The notes under the pieces are model-generated. The model was given only the letters and a program-made list of their open reading frames with translations. It was not told the DNA's origin and made no database searches. Below are positions 10,658 through 21,163 of a DNA stretch of 64,000 bases, piece by piece. This stretch comes from Prevotella sp. (lineage in GTDB: Bacteria > Bacteroidota > Bacteroidia > Bacteroidales > Dysgonomonadaceae), in NCBI GenBank assembly GCA_031285625.1, contig JAITVV010000095.1, positions 96,001-160,000 of the forward strand, given 5' to 3'. Numbering within the stretch: the first letter of the stretch is position 1; every line of letters starts with the position of its first letter. A program made the translations under genes and the position numbers.

Positions 10658-11792
10658 TGACTTTATCAAATATGTAAGAAAGATATATAGTACCCATGAT
10701 TTTATACCTCTCCATGCTCCGTATTTTTCTGGAAATGAAAAGGTATATCTGGAAGAGTGTATTGATACTACATTTGTATCTAGTGTAGGTAAGTTTGTTG
10801 ATCGCTTTGAAGAAATGGTTAAAGCATATACCAATACCAAACGAGCCGTTGTTTGTGTTAATGGAACAAATGCGCTTCATCTTGCATTACTACTGGTAGG
10901 AGTTGAACGCGAAGACGAAGTCTTAACTCAAGCACTAACATTTATTGCTACAGCTAATGCTATCAGTTATGCAGGTGCGGCACCTGTTTTTATTGATGTT
11001 GATAAAGATACTATGGGTCTTTCGCCTGATAAAGTCAGAGATTGGCTCGTAAAGAATACTGAAATGCATTCAGGAGCATGCTACAATAAAAAAACGGGAC
11101 GTAGAGTCAAAGCATGTATACCAATGCATACCTTTGGGCATCCAGTTAAGATAGATCAGTTAGCTAGTATATGTAGAGAGTATAATATAGAGTTAGTTGA
11201 AGATGCTGCAGAAAGCCTAGGCAGCTTTTATAAAGGTCAACATACTGGTACTTTTGGGAAGATTGGAATTCTAAGCTTCAATGGAAATAAAACCATTACA
11301 ACAGGTGGTGGCGGGATGTTGCTTTTTCAGGATGAAAAGTTAGGTGATTATGCCAAACATATCACAACTCAGGCCAAGGTTTCTCACCAATGGGAATTTG
11401 TACACGACCATATTGGTTATAATTATCGGATGCCAAACATAAATGCAGCCATAGGCTGTGCACAAATGGAAAATCTAGATACAATACTGGCTAATAAAAG
11501 AGAAACAGCTTCAATGTACAAAGAGTATTTCCAAAGTATAAATGATATATCTTTTTTCACCGAGCCTGAAGATTCTAGATCTAACTATTGGCTAAATGCA
11601 ATCTTATTAAAAGATAAAGACTCCCGAGATAACTTTCTGAAATATACGAACGATAATGGTGTAATGACTCGCCCTATATGGACATTAATGAGCAAATTAC
11701 CCATGTTTAAAGATTGCGAAACTGATGATTTAACAAACACAATCTGGTTTGAAGAAAGAGTAGTTAATATACCAAGTAGTGTGAGAATATGA
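10650..11792 (+). CDS. legC: PLP aminotransferase, LegC-like (DegT family)
   Basis: IPLHAP, VSSVGKFV, NGTNALH, EDAAESLGS, SFNGNKTITTGGGG, GYNYRMPNINAA. Confidence 0.88.
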   Translation: MYNDFIKYVRKIYSTHDFIPLHAPYFSGNEKVYLEECIDTTFVSSVGKFVDRFEEMVKAYTNTKRAVVCVNGTNALHLALLLVGVEREDEVLTQALTFIATANAISYAGAAPVFIDVDKDTMGLSPDKVRDWLVKNTEMHSGACYNKKTGRRVKACIPMHTFGHPVKIDQLASICREYNIELVEDAAESLGSFYKGQHTGTFGKIGILSFNGNKTITTGGGGMLLFQDEKLGDYAKHITTQAKVSHQWEFVHDHIGYNYRMPNINAAIGCAQMENLDTILANKRETASMYKEYFQSINDISFFTEPEDSRSNYWLNAILLKDKDSRDNFLKYTNDNGVMTRPIWTLMSKLPMFKDCETDDLTNTIWFEERVVNIPSSVRI

Positions 11793-12415
11793 CAAAAAAT
11801 TTAATTCTCGTTGGTGGTGGAGGGCACTGTAAATCTGTTATAGATGCAGCTTGTAGTGCAGGATTCCATATTTTAGGAGTTCTGGATACTCTGGAGAATA
11901 TAGGTAAGTCTATTCTTGATGTAAAAATTATCGGTGACGACTCTTTAATAAATGAGTATATCGGTTCTGCTATGTTTGTAGTAACTGTTGGCTCCATAAA
12001 AAAAACTGCTCTGAGAATAAAACTACATAACATGATTATTGATGCTGGAGGAAGGCTTGCAACCATAGTAGCCTCTACTGCTCATGTATCGAAATATGCC
12101 ACAATAGATGAAGGATCAGTTATATTACACAATACATGTATTAATGCTGATGCCAGAATTGGTAAGAGTTGTATTATAAATACCTTTGCTAATATCGAAC
12201 ATGAAGCTGAAATTGGAGATTTCTCACATATTTCAACAGGAGCTATGGTTAATGGAGCCTGTAAAATTGGAAAATCGGTTTTCATAGGAAGCCAGAGTGT
12301 CTTAGCCCAATGTGTATCTGTAGCTGATTATGCAATAGTTAGCGCAGGTACCTTTGTTAGTAAGAATATTCAGGAGAAGGGGATATATGCAGGAAATCCT
12401 ATGCGTAAATTTTAA
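11789..12415 (+). CDS. NeuD/PglD-type sugar acetyltransferase (left-handed beta-helix)
   Basis: GGGGHCKSVID, hexapeptide repeats, EH catalytic pair, GNP end. Confidence 0.85.
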   Translation: MTKNLILVGGGGHCKSVIDAACSAGFHILGVLDTLENIGKSILDVKIIGDDSLINEYIGSAMFVVTVGSIKKTALRIKLHNMIIDAGGRLATIVASTAHVSKYATIDEGSVILHNTCINADARIGKSCIINTFANIEHEAEIGDFSHISTGAMVNGACKIGKSVFIGSQSVLAQCVSVADYAIVSAGTFVSKNIQEKGIYAGNPMRKF

Positions 12416-12423
12416 TAATTAAA

Positions 12424-13434
12424 ATGAATAGAACAATCATTATTGCAGAAGCAGGAGTTAACCATAATGGATCAATTGATTTAGCAAAAGAATTAATTGA
12501 TGCAGCTGTTGAAGCAGACGTTGATTATATTAAGTTTCAAACCTTCAAGGCAAAAAAACTCGCTTCAAAAACTGCTCAAAAAGCGGAATATCAAGATCGC
12601 AATACAAGCTCGGCTAATAATGAATCTCAACAAGAGATGTTATCTAAACTGGAACTAAGTGTAGATGACCATAATGAGTTGATTGCCTATTGCCAGAAAA
12701 AGAATATCCGTTTTTTCTCAACAGCCTTCGATCTAGAGAGTGTGGATTTTTTAGCTAGCCTCAATTTAGGATTATGGAAGATACCCTCCGGAGAAATAAC
12801 TAACTATCCATATATCAGACGTATTGCACAAACAAAAGAACCGATTATATTGTCAACTGGCATGTCAGATATGGATGATATAAAAGCGGCGATACAAGTA
12901 CTCGTTGAGAATGGGGTTAACAAACAAGAGATAACTGTTTTACACTGTAATACAGAATATCCTACACCTATGAAAGACGTAAATCTGAAAGCAATGAACC
13001 ATATTGCAAAAGAACTAGGTGTAAGAATAGGATATTCGGATCACACATTGGGAATAGAAGTTCCCATTGCTGCTGTAGCTTTGGGTGCGACTATCATTGA
13101 GAAGCACTTTACGTTGGATCGAGAGATGAAGGGGCCAGACCACAAAGCATCCCTAGAACCCAATGAATTAAAGGCGATGGTAAAAGCCATCAGAAATATA
13201 GAAGAAGCTTTAGGTATTGAAGATAAAAAGGTCTCAGAATCAGAACAAAAGAATATAGCAATTGCCCGAAAAAGTATTGTAGCAGCACTACCCATAAAAA
13301 AAGGAGAGATTCTTACGGAAGAAAATATCACGGTAAAAAGACCAGGAACAGGGATATCTCCGATGAAGTGGGAAACTGTGGTAGGACAAAAAGCTATACG
13401 TGATTTTGAAGAAGACGAGTTGATAGAGTTATGA
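12424..13434 (+). CDS. neuB: Nonulosonic acid synthase (NeuB/LegI)
   Basis: IIAEAGVNHNG, KFQTF, KIPSGE, LHCNTEYP, GYSDHT, IEKHFTLD, C-terminal SAF domain. Confidence 0.93.
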   Translation: MNRTIIIAEAGVNHNGSIDLAKELIDAAVEADVDYIKFQTFKAKKLASKTAQKAEYQDRNTSSANNESQQEMLSKLELSVDDHNELIAYCQKKNIRFFSTAFDLESVDFLASLNLGLWKIPSGEITNYPYIRRIAQTKEPIILSTGMSDMDDIKAAIQVLVENGVNKQEITVLHCNTEYPTPMKDVNLKAMNHIAKELGVRIGYSDHTLGIEVPIAAVALGATIIEKHFTLDREMKGPDHKASLEPNELKAMVKAIRNIEEALGIEDKKVSESEQKNIAIARKSIVAALPIKKGEILTEENITVKRPGTGISPMKWETVVGQKAIRDFEEDELIEL

Positions 13435-13437
13435 GCC

Positions 13438-14595
13438 ATGCGTAAAATATGTGTTATTACAGGAACCAGAGCTGAGTATGGTATATTAAGCCATTTGATG
13501 CAGTTAATTCAGAGTAGTACTACTCTGAAGCTACAGATTATTGCAACCAATATGCATCTCTCACCCCAATTTGGACTTACTTATAAAGAAATTGAAAACG
13601 ATGGTTTCTTTATAGACAAAAAAGTTCAAATGCTTCTTTCTGCAGATACAGCAAATGCAACAGTAAAATCTGTAGGCTTAGCTACAATTGGCTTTGCTGA
13701 TGCTTTTGAAGAATTACAACCTGACCTTATTCTTATATTAGGTGATCGGTATGAGATGCTTGCAACAGCAACAGCAGCATTGTTGTATAAAATCCCGGTT
13801 GCTCATCTTCATGGAGGAGAGATCACCGAAGGCGCCTATGATGATGCTATACGCCATGCTATCACAAAGCTGAGCCATCTTCATTTTACATCGACAGAAG
13901 AATATCGAAAAAGGGTTATTCAGTTAGGAGAGAATCCGGATAGAGTTTTTAATGTTGGAGCGTTAGGTGTAGAAAATGTACTCAACACACCATTGATGAG
14001 AAAGACAGAATTGGAAACCAGTATGAGTTTTAATTTAGGAGAAAAATGTTTATTGGTAACATTTCATCCAGTTACTCTGGAAAGCAGTTCTTCTCTAAAA
14101 CAATTTCAAGATTTATTGGCTGTTTTGGAAGAATATACGGATTATAAGATTGTTTTTACAATGCCAAATTCGGACACCGAAGGTCATTCAATAATGACTC
14201 TTATAGATGATTTTGTCCAAAATCATAATAATTCGATTTCATATACTTCATTAGGTAAACTAAGATATTTATCTTTATTGCAATTTGTGGATGCTGTTGT
14301 GGGAAACTCGTCCAGTGGTATTATCGAAGTACCCAGTATGGGTATACCAACGTTAAATATAGGAAACAGACAGAAAGGGCGAATTCAAGGAGCAGGCATC
14401 ATTAATTGTGAACCTGATTATGCTAGTATCAAAGAAGGAATGACCAAAGTACTTTCACCTGAGATAAAAGAAATAGCAAAAAAAAGAATAAATCCTTACA
14501 TGAAAGAAGGGACATCTAGTACTATCCTAAATATTCTCCAAGAAATTAATTTGGATAGAATGGTCAACAAAACTTTTTATGATTTGAGAGAATGA
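13438..14595 (+). CDS. neuC: Hydrolysing NDP-GlcNAc/BacdiNAc 2-epimerase (NeuC/LegG)
   Basis: TGTRAEYG, LGDRYE, HLHGGE, RHAITK, GNSSSG, NIGNRQKGR. Confidence 0.92.
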   Translation: MRKICVITGTRAEYGILSHLMQLIQSSTTLKLQIIATNMHLSPQFGLTYKEIENDGFFIDKKVQMLLSADTANATVKSVGLATIGFADAFEELQPDLILILGDRYEMLATATAALLYKIPVAHLHGGEITEGAYDDAIRHAITKLSHLHFTSTEEYRKRVIQLGENPDRVFNVGALGVENVLNTPLMRKTELETSMSFNLGEKCLLVTFHPVTLESSSSLKQFQDLLAVLEEYTDYKIVFTMPNSDTEGHSIMTLIDDFVQNHNNSISYTSLGKLRYLSLLQFVDAVVGNSSSGIIEVPSMGIPTLNIGNRQKGRIQGAGIINCEPDYASIKEGMTKVLSPEIKEIAKKRINPYMKEGTSSTILNILQEINLDRMVNKTFYDLRE

Positions 14596-15632
14596 CAGAA
14601 TATTCTAAATATATAATATCAAATAAAGCTTCTATCCAAAAAGCCCTATTATCATTGAATCAATTATCAAGTGAGGCTCTTACTCTATTTGTTATCGACG
14701 AAAATGAAGTAATGATTGGAACATTAACTGATGGTGATACTAGAAGGAAATTGATAGAAGGCTGTAACCTGTCAGATTCTGTACTATCTGTAATGAATCC
14801 AAATTTTCATTATGTACGAAAGAATGATATAAATGTTCAAAAAATTAAACTTATCAAAGAGAAAGGAATAGTCTTGATTCCGGTATTAGATGAGAAAAAC
14901 CGGATTTGTCAAATATTTAATTTAAAGAAGAAAAAATCCATCCTCCCGCTTGATGTAGTTCTCATGGCAGGGGGAAAGGGAGAAAGGCTTAGACCTTTAA
15001 CTGAAAATATGCCAAAGCCTCTTTTGCTAGTTGGAGATAAGTGTATTATCGATCATAATATAGACCGTTTGATCGAATTTGGCATTAATAATATAAACGT
15101 AACCGTTAATTACCTGAAAGAGCAAATAATAGATCATTTCAGAAAACCTCGGAATGAGACCCGAATAAACTGCATCACTGAGCCATGTTATTTAGGGACA
15201 ATCGGATCGGTAAAGTTTATCGAAACTTTTCATAATGATTATATCTTAGTAATGAATTCTGATTTGTTCACTAATATAAATTATGAAGATTTATTCTTAC
15301 ATTTTATAAACAATAATGCAGATATGTCAGTGGTAGCTGTACCTTATACTGTATCTATTCCATATGGGGTATTCGACCTTGATGGACGAAATATTAAAGG
15401 TATTCAGGAAAAACCGGTATTTAACTATTATGCAAATGCAGGTATTTACCTGTTCAAGAAGGAGCTATTAAAACATATACCAGACAATGAGTTTTTTAAT
15501 GCTACTGATTTTATCGATGTATTAGTAGAGAAAGGATATAATGTTATCCGGTTTCCGTTAACTGGTTATTGGATAGATATAGGTAAACATGAGGAATATA
15601 AAAAAGCTCAAGAGTTAGTAAAACATATGTAA
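14592..15632 (+). CDS. CBS-domain nucleotidyltransferase (PtmE-like, guanylyltransferase type)
   Basis: N-terminal CBS (GTLTDGDTRR), MAGGKGERLRPLT, PKP, EKP, NAGIY, WIDIG. Confidence 0.85.
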   Translation: MTEYSKYIISNKASIQKALLSLNQLSSEALTLFVIDENEVMIGTLTDGDTRRKLIEGCNLSDSVLSVMNPNFHYVRKNDINVQKIKLIKEKGIVLIPVLDEKNRICQIFNLKKKKSILPLDVVLMAGGKGERLRPLTENMPKPLLLVGDKCIIDHNIDRLIEFGINNINVTVNYLKEQIIDHFRKPRNETRINCITEPCYLGTIGSVKFIETFHNDYILVMNSDLFTNINYEDLFLHFINNNADMSVVAVPYTVSIPYGVFDLDGRNIKGIQEKPVFNYYANAGIYLFKKELLKHIPDNEFFNATDFIDVLVEKGYNVIRFPLTGYWIDIGKHEEYKKAQELVKHM

Positions 15633-15633
15633 T

Positions 15634-16356
15634 ATGAAGATATTAATAACAATCTGTGCTAGAGGCGGTTCGAAAGGTATTCCGGGTAAGAATATAAAGG
15701 CTATAGGGAATAAACCTCTTATTGCATATACAATTGATATTGCAAACCGATTTAAGAAAAAGTATTCTCAGACAACTATAGCATTATCTACTGACTCTGA
15801 GGAGATCAGAAAAATTTCCTCTGAATATGGACTTGAATCTGAATATTTAAGACCCGATTTTTTAGCAGGAGATAAGGTTGGAAAGATTGATGCAATTAAT
15901 GATGTTCTTTTTTTCTATGAGAAGAAATACAAGACCAAGTATGATTACATTCTGGATATGGATGTTACTTCTCCATTAAGAAATTTGGAAGATATAGAAA
16001 ATGCCCTAGCAATTATCCAAGATGACTTACAGGCTGTAAATCTATTCTCAGTTAGTGATCCTGATCGGAATCCCTATTTCAATATGGTAGAAAAAAAAGC
16101 AGATGGATACTATTCATTAGTAAAAAATGTTGATAATACTGTTCTCACACGTCAGTCTGCACCTGAGGTATATTCTCTCAATGCTTCTTTTTATATCTAT
16201 AGGCGCTGCTTTTTCGACTTAGGCTATAAAGGAGCAATAACAGATAAGAGTTTGATATACAAGATCCCTCATATATGTTTCGATTTAGATCATCCAATTG
16301 ACTTCGATTTTATGACCTACCTTATTGATATGGGTAAACTAGATTTCAATTTATGA
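15634..16356 (+). CDS. neuA: CMP-nonulosonic acid synthetase (NeuA/LegF/PtmB-like)
   Basis: ICARGGSKGIPGKN, STD, TSPLR, NPYFNMVE, RQSAP. Confidence 0.88.
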   Translation: MKILITICARGGSKGIPGKNIKAIGNKPLIAYTIDIANRFKKKYSQTTIALSTDSEEIRKISSEYGLESEYLRPDFLAGDKVGKIDAINDVLFFYEKKYKTKYDYILDMDVTSPLRNLEDIENALAIIQDDLQAVNLFSVSDPDRNPYFNMVEKKADGYYSLVKNVDNTVLTRQSAPEVYSLNASFYIYRRCFFDLGYKGAITDKSLIYKIPHICFDLDHPIDFDFMTYLIDMGKLDFNL

Positions 16357-17273
16357 ATATATTGATTATGGGATTAGGTTCCATTGCACGAAAACATATT
16401 GATGCACTTAAATTGCTCAATATAGAATATACCCTGTATGCATTGAGGTCTTCAGTTAGTGCACTAGAAGAGGCTGGAATAAAGAATGTATATTCTTTAA
16501 AAGAAATTGAAGAAATAAAAATTTCATTTGCAATAATTTCCAATCCCACATCAAATCACAAAGACACAATACTAAACCTATTAGATCTTAATTGTCCTCT
16601 ATTTATAGAAAAACCCTTATATCATAAATTAGATGTGGATGAGATCCTAGCCGATGTAAACAAAAGAAATATATTAACCTATGTTGCGTGTAATCTCAGA
16701 TTTTTAGATTCACTATTGTTTGTAAAAGACGAAATTATTCAAAATAGGAAAAGACTAAACGAGGTAAATGTATATTGCGGGTCATATTTACCATCATGGA
16801 GAGATACAGATTATAAAATATCTTATAGTGCAATACCATCCTTAGGAGGCGGGGTACATATCGATTTAATTCATGAACTGGATTATTTATATTGGATATT
16901 TGGAATCCCGAATATGGTTCATTCTGTATTTAGGAATGTGTCAAGCTTGAATATAGATGCTTATGATTACGCTAACTATAATCTAATTTATGACCAATTC
17001 TGTGCTAATGTTATACTAAATTATTTTAGAAAAGATTATAAACGAACATTTGAATTAGTATTTGAAAATGAAACATGGCTAGTCGATTTAGCCTGTAATA
17101 CTGTATCTTTGAACGGGAATATAATATATAAATCCAATCAAAAGATAATTGATACATATGCTTCTCAAATGAATTATTTTTTGGATTTGATAAGAACGAA
17201 CAAGAATTCGTCAATAAATACTATTAATGATGCATATGATGTATTAAAAATATGTTTAAATAAACCAGAATAA
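16353..17273 (+). CDS. Gfo/Idh/MocA oxidoreductase (PtmF/ElaA-like)
   Basis: GLGSIARKH, FIEKP, YLPSWR, GGGVHIDLIHELD. Confidence 0.85.
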   Translation: MNILIMGLGSIARKHIDALKLLNIEYTLYALRSSVSALEEAGIKNVYSLKEIEEIKISFAIISNPTSNHKDTILNLLDLNCPLFIEKPLYHKLDVDEILADVNKRNILTYVACNLRFLDSLLFVKDEIIQNRKRLNEVNVYCGSYLPSWRDTDYKISYSAIPSLGGGVHIDLIHELDYLYWIFGIPNMVHSVFRNVSSLNIDAYDYANYNLIYDQFCANVILNYFRKDYKRTFELVFENETWLVDLACNTVSLNGNIIYKSNQKIIDTYASQMNYFLDLIRTNKNSSINTINDAYDVLKICLNKPE

Positions 17274-17275
17274 TT

Positions 17276-17902
17276 ATGAAATTAAGTTGCAACACAGAAA
17301 AAGATCAGTTAATAGAAATGTTGATCAGACAGTTGTCTAATTTTTTTATAATTAGTGAAAAAGAAATTGATATATTATGGAAAGAATTTGATCAGGTTTG
17401 GCTACGATTATATAAATGTATTAAATTAGTTGATAACAAATACTTTATCATAGACGGAATTCCGGTCATTAATCCATATCACTCAGGACAATATCTAATA
17501 TATTTATACTTTTATAGTAATATATGTTCAAGCAACAACGAAAAACAATTGGCTGATAAAATATATTACTTAAACAAAATAATGCACTCTTGTGATATTT
17601 ATCATGAAGTAAGTCTGCCTGAGTCTTTTTTCCTCGAACATCCTGTAGGAACAGTACTAGGTAGAGCTAAATATGGAAATAGATTCTTTGCTATGCAAAA
17701 TTGCACCATAGGTGGAAACAAAGGGCACTATCCTATAATAGGAAACAATGTAAGACTCTATTCAGGAGCTAAAGTCTTAGGAAATTCTATTATTGGCGAT
17801 AATGTTACAGTAGCAGCTAATACCTATATTAAAGATACAAATATACCCGATAATGCTACAGTTTTTGGAACTTCACCGCATTTGACTATAAAATATTTAT
17901 AA
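17276..17902 (+). CDS. Serine-acetyltransferase-like (LbH) sugar O-acyltransferase
   Basis: HPVGTVLGRA, QNCTIGG, PIIG, hexapeptide repeats, VFG. Confidence 0.75.
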   Translation: MKLSCNTEKDQLIEMLIRQLSNFFIISEKEIDILWKEFDQVWLRLYKCIKLVDNKYFIIDGIPVINPYHSGQYLIYLYFYSNICSSNNEKQLADKIYYLNKIMHSCDIYHEVSLPESFFLEHPVGTVLGRAKYGNRFFAMQNCTIGGNKGHYPIIGNNVRLYSGAKVLGNSIIGDNVTVAANTYIKDTNIPDNATVFGTSPHLTIKYL

Positions 17903-17907
17903 AAGCC

Positions 17908-18651
17908 ATGATACTAAAAGACAAAGTCATTATAGTTACCGGAGGTTCTGGTTTAATAGGAAAAGCAATCTTGGAAGATATTTGCAAGAAAGGAGGTCTT
18001 GCCATAAATGCAGATATAAACGTACAATCAGATTTAGAAAAAAAAGTAATCAATGTTGATATAACCAATCAAGAATCAATTGTCGATGCAATAAATCAAA
18101 TTAATAAATACTTCGGAAAAATAGATGGACTTGTGAATAATGCTTATCCTCGGACAAAGGATTGGGGTGCTAAATTTGAAGATATTAGTTTTACGTCTTG
18201 GCAAGAAAATGTAGATATTCAAATGAACAGTACATTTTATTTCTGCCAGCAAGCCTTAGCTGTAATGACTAACCAATCCTTCGGTTCAATTGTAAATATT
18301 GGATCAATCTATGGTGTAGTAGGTAATGACTTCACTTTATATGAAGACTACGGAGGCACCTCACCTGCAGCATATGCAGCAATAAAAGGAGGAATAATAA
18401 ATTTAACTAGATATTTAGCTTCATATTATGGGCCACATAATATAAGGATCAATTGTGTATCACCTGGAGGAATACTAGATGAAAAGAATCAACATCCATC
18501 CTTTATATCAAAATATAATAGGAAAGTACCTATGAGGAGAATGGGAAGCCCTGACGATATTGCTCCTGCTGTATCTTTCATGCTCTCTGATGAAGCAAAA
18601 TATATTACAGGCCAAAATTTAATTGTAGACGGAGGTTGGACAACTATATAA
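17908..18651 (+). CDS. SDR oxidoreductase (PtmA/ElaC-like)
   Basis: TGGSGLIG, VNNAYPR, SIYG, YAAIK, VSPGGI, GQNLIVDGGW. Confidence 0.87.
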   Translation: MILKDKVIIVTGGSGLIGKAILEDICKKGGLAINADINVQSDLEKKVINVDITNQESIVDAINQINKYFGKIDGLVNNAYPRTKDWGAKFEDISFTSWQENVDIQMNSTFYFCQQALAVMTNQSFGSIVNIGSIYGVVGNDFTLYEDYGGTSPAAYAAIKGGIINLTRYLASYYGPHNIRINCVSPGGILDEKNQHPSFISKYNRKVPMRRMGSPDDIAPAVSFMLSDEAKYITGQNLIVDGGWTTI

Positions 18652-18668
18652 TTATTAAAACAAATAAT

Positions 18669-19859
18669 ATGAACAAAATATTAATTCTCTTTATTTCTTT
18701 GTTTTTTCTTTCTTGTTCAGCACAAGAAGATAATCTTGATGCATTAGATATAAAAAGTTTTAACAGCCAAAATGTAAATAAGATAACCGAAACCAAAATA
18801 TTCGACTCCAATGATATTGCAGGAAAACCTTATTCAAGAATTCCAACTATAATAATAGCCAATAATGGCAACATACTAGCTGCTTGTGAAAAAAGAAAAG
18901 ACGAACATGATAAAGGAGAAATTGATATACTACTTGCCTTAAGCGAAGATGGAGGTAAAACTTATTTTAAAACAGTCTTATTCGAGTACGAGGCAGAACA
19001 TGGAAGAAAAATGAACCCTTGCTTTGTTATTGATAGAAATGGTACTCATGGTAAAACTGGACGCATATATTGTTTTGTCATATCGAGTGTACCGACATGG
19101 AAACTATCTTATGAACTTGAGAAAGGGGAAGCAAATACTCTTTATCGATATTCTGATGACGATGGATTAACCTGGAGCGAAACCTTAACTCTTGAGCATA
19201 AAATACCTAAAGAATGTACAATATTTGGTCCATCCCCTTCGAACGGTATTCAATTAGAAAACGGCACATTAGTTATCCCGGCCTTCATAACTCTTACTGA
19301 TCGATCATCCCGAACAGGAATTATATTTAAAACTCCTAATGGAAAGTGGGAGTTTAACTATATAAACCTACAGCAAAGCAAAGAGGAAAATGAATCTACA
19401 ATAATAGCACTAGGGGAAGGAAATCAAATTCTGCTAAATACCAGAACAGAAAAATATAATAAGGACAGACATATATATTATAGTAATAATATAGAAGAAG
19501 GAATGACAGGGAAAGAGATAACATGGAATATTCATTCTTCAAACTCCAAATTTAGAATATCGGGGCCATGCCAAGGGAGTTTAGAGGTAACATTGAGCGA
19601 TTTACGACCGGTTTATCTGTTTTCTCATCCATATAATGATAATCCTCGAAGGAGAATATGTATTTGGAAGTCTTTCGATTTAGAACAATGGACTCCGACA
19701 TACCTTTTAACAACTGGTCGCTCTGCAGGCTATTCTGTGCTCACATATTACAAAGATAAACTACTGGCTATATATGAGAGTGATCCTAATGTTTTTGAAT
19801 GTACAATTCAAGATTTATCACCATTGTTGCCACTTTTGACGAATGATGAATATAAATGA
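18669..19859 (+). CDS. GH33 sialidase-family lipoprotein
   Basis: Start 18669 with lipobox FLSC; YSRIP motif; Asp boxes SEDGGKTY and SDDDGLTW; ENES, LNTR, PRR and AGYS catalytic-type motifs. Confidence 0.82.
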   Translation: MNKILILFISLFFLSCSAQEDNLDALDIKSFNSQNVNKITETKIFDSNDIAGKPYSRIPTIIIANNGNILAACEKRKDEHDKGEIDILLALSEDGGKTYFKTVLFEYEAEHGRKMNPCFVIDRNGTHGKTGRIYCFVISSVPTWKLSYELEKGEANTLYRYSDDDGLTWSETLTLEHKIPKECTIFGPSPSNGIQLENGTLVIPAFITLTDRSSRTGIIFKTPNGKWEFNYINLQQSKEENESTIIALGEGNQILLNTRTEKYNKDRHIYYSNNIEEGMTGKEITWNIHSSNSKFRISGPCQGSLEVTLSDLRPVYLFSHPYNDNPRRRICIWKSFDLEQWTPTYLLTTGRSAGYSVLTYYKDKLLAIYESDPNVFECTIQDLSPLLPLLTNDEYK

Positions 19860-21141
19860 ATTTATAAAGAGAGAGGATGACGCAAATCTTTTTTCTATAA
19901 AGTATAAAAATATTCCGTTATGGGAATTAGTACGTTTCGATATATTCAATGCATATATTGATCGATGCCAAGTATCTGATTGGAAGATATCTGAGCGTCT
20001 AAGAAATTGGCTAAGAACAATCTGTGGCCTTATTTTTTCCAATCCATTATTTTTCTTGTCAAAGAAGAAAACATTGATAATAAGAGCCAGTAGAAAGAAC
20101 ATAGATGACAAAAAGCTCGTAGACCCATATACTATTGATATAGAAGAAGATATTTTAAATCGACCTTTGGGGGCTTACGAGTCACATACTGACTTTATTT
20201 TCAAAAAACTATTTACTCCGAACATCATTATCCTCGATATTATTACTAAATACATATCGAAGATTTTATTAAAAGTGAGAAAGAAGAGTTTTTTTAATGA
20301 TGAGCTAAACGACCAAATAAAATTCATATGTAGTATATTCCCTGAAAAAGAATTTTCAACTCTTATAGAAAATAAAATAATGGAGTTCTATATAGAGCAA
20401 AAGCTTTATTCTTTTATCCTTAAATATCGAAAACCTGAAAAAATTTATTTGACAAATTATATATATAAGCAAGCCCTAATTTATTCTGCGAAGTTGCTTG
20501 ATATTCAAGTAATAGAGATACAACATGGCTTTATATCACCTCTTCTTGCCGATTATCATTTTCCAAAAGTAAAGAAAGACAGCTTACTATTATTTCCAGA
20601 TGAATTCTACTACTTGAGTGAATACCTGAAATATAAAGTTGATTTACCATTGTCTGAAATCTCAATAAAACCCTTTGAAGGTAATTTTTTTCGAAAAAAA
20701 TTAAAAATGAGTAAATCAATGGATAAGAATCCAAATTCTTTATTATTTGTATCAACAAACACTAAAGAATTTACCTCTTTTATGGAGAATTTCTGTAAAA
20801 TATCTAAAGAGAATAAATCCGGATTCAAAATCTATTTTAAACCACATCCTTTTGAGTATGCCTTAATAGATACGGCTTATATAAATTCATTAAAAGAGAA
20901 TTATAACATAATTTTTATTGAGAAAGATGAAGACATCTATCAATATATAGGGAAGATAAAATATGTTATCAGCACATATTCAACTTTACTATTTGAAGCA
21001 TTAGAGTTTGGCAATGCTATTTACACCGTAAAACTAAACGGACATGAATCGATTATGCCTTTTGTAGAAAATAATTTAATGAACTTAGTTAACAGTCCTC
21101 AAGAATTATATGATTCAATAATTTACGATAATAAGATGTAG
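19843..21141 (+). CDS. Putative nonulosonic-acid transferase (GT-B fold)
   Basis: EIQHG, FKPHP and ST-LLFEA motifs resemble bacterial sialyl/Kdo transferases; lies directly after the NulO genes. Confidence 0.6.
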   Translation: MMNINEFIKREDDANLFSIKYKNIPLWELVRFDIFNAYIDRCQVSDWKISERLRNWLRTICGLIFSNPLFFLSKKKTLIIRASRKNIDDKKLVDPYTIDIEEDILNRPLGAYESHTDFIFKKLFTPNIIILDIITKYISKILLKVRKKSFFNDELNDQIKFICSIFPEKEFSTLIENKIMEFYIEQKLYSFILKYRKPEKIYLTNYIYKQALIYSAKLLDIQVIEIQHGFISPLLADYHFPKVKKDSLLLFPDEFYYLSEYLKYKVDLPLSEISIKPFEGNFFRKKLKMSKSMDKNPNSLLFVSTNTKEFTSFMENFCKISKENKSGFKIYFKPHPFEYALIDTAYINSLKENYNIIFIEKDEDIYQYIGKIKYVISTYSTLLFEALEFGNAIYTVKLNGHESIMPFVENNLMNLVNSPQELYDSIIYDNKM

Positions 21142-21163
21142 TTTTTGGTTGGAAATAAAAATA

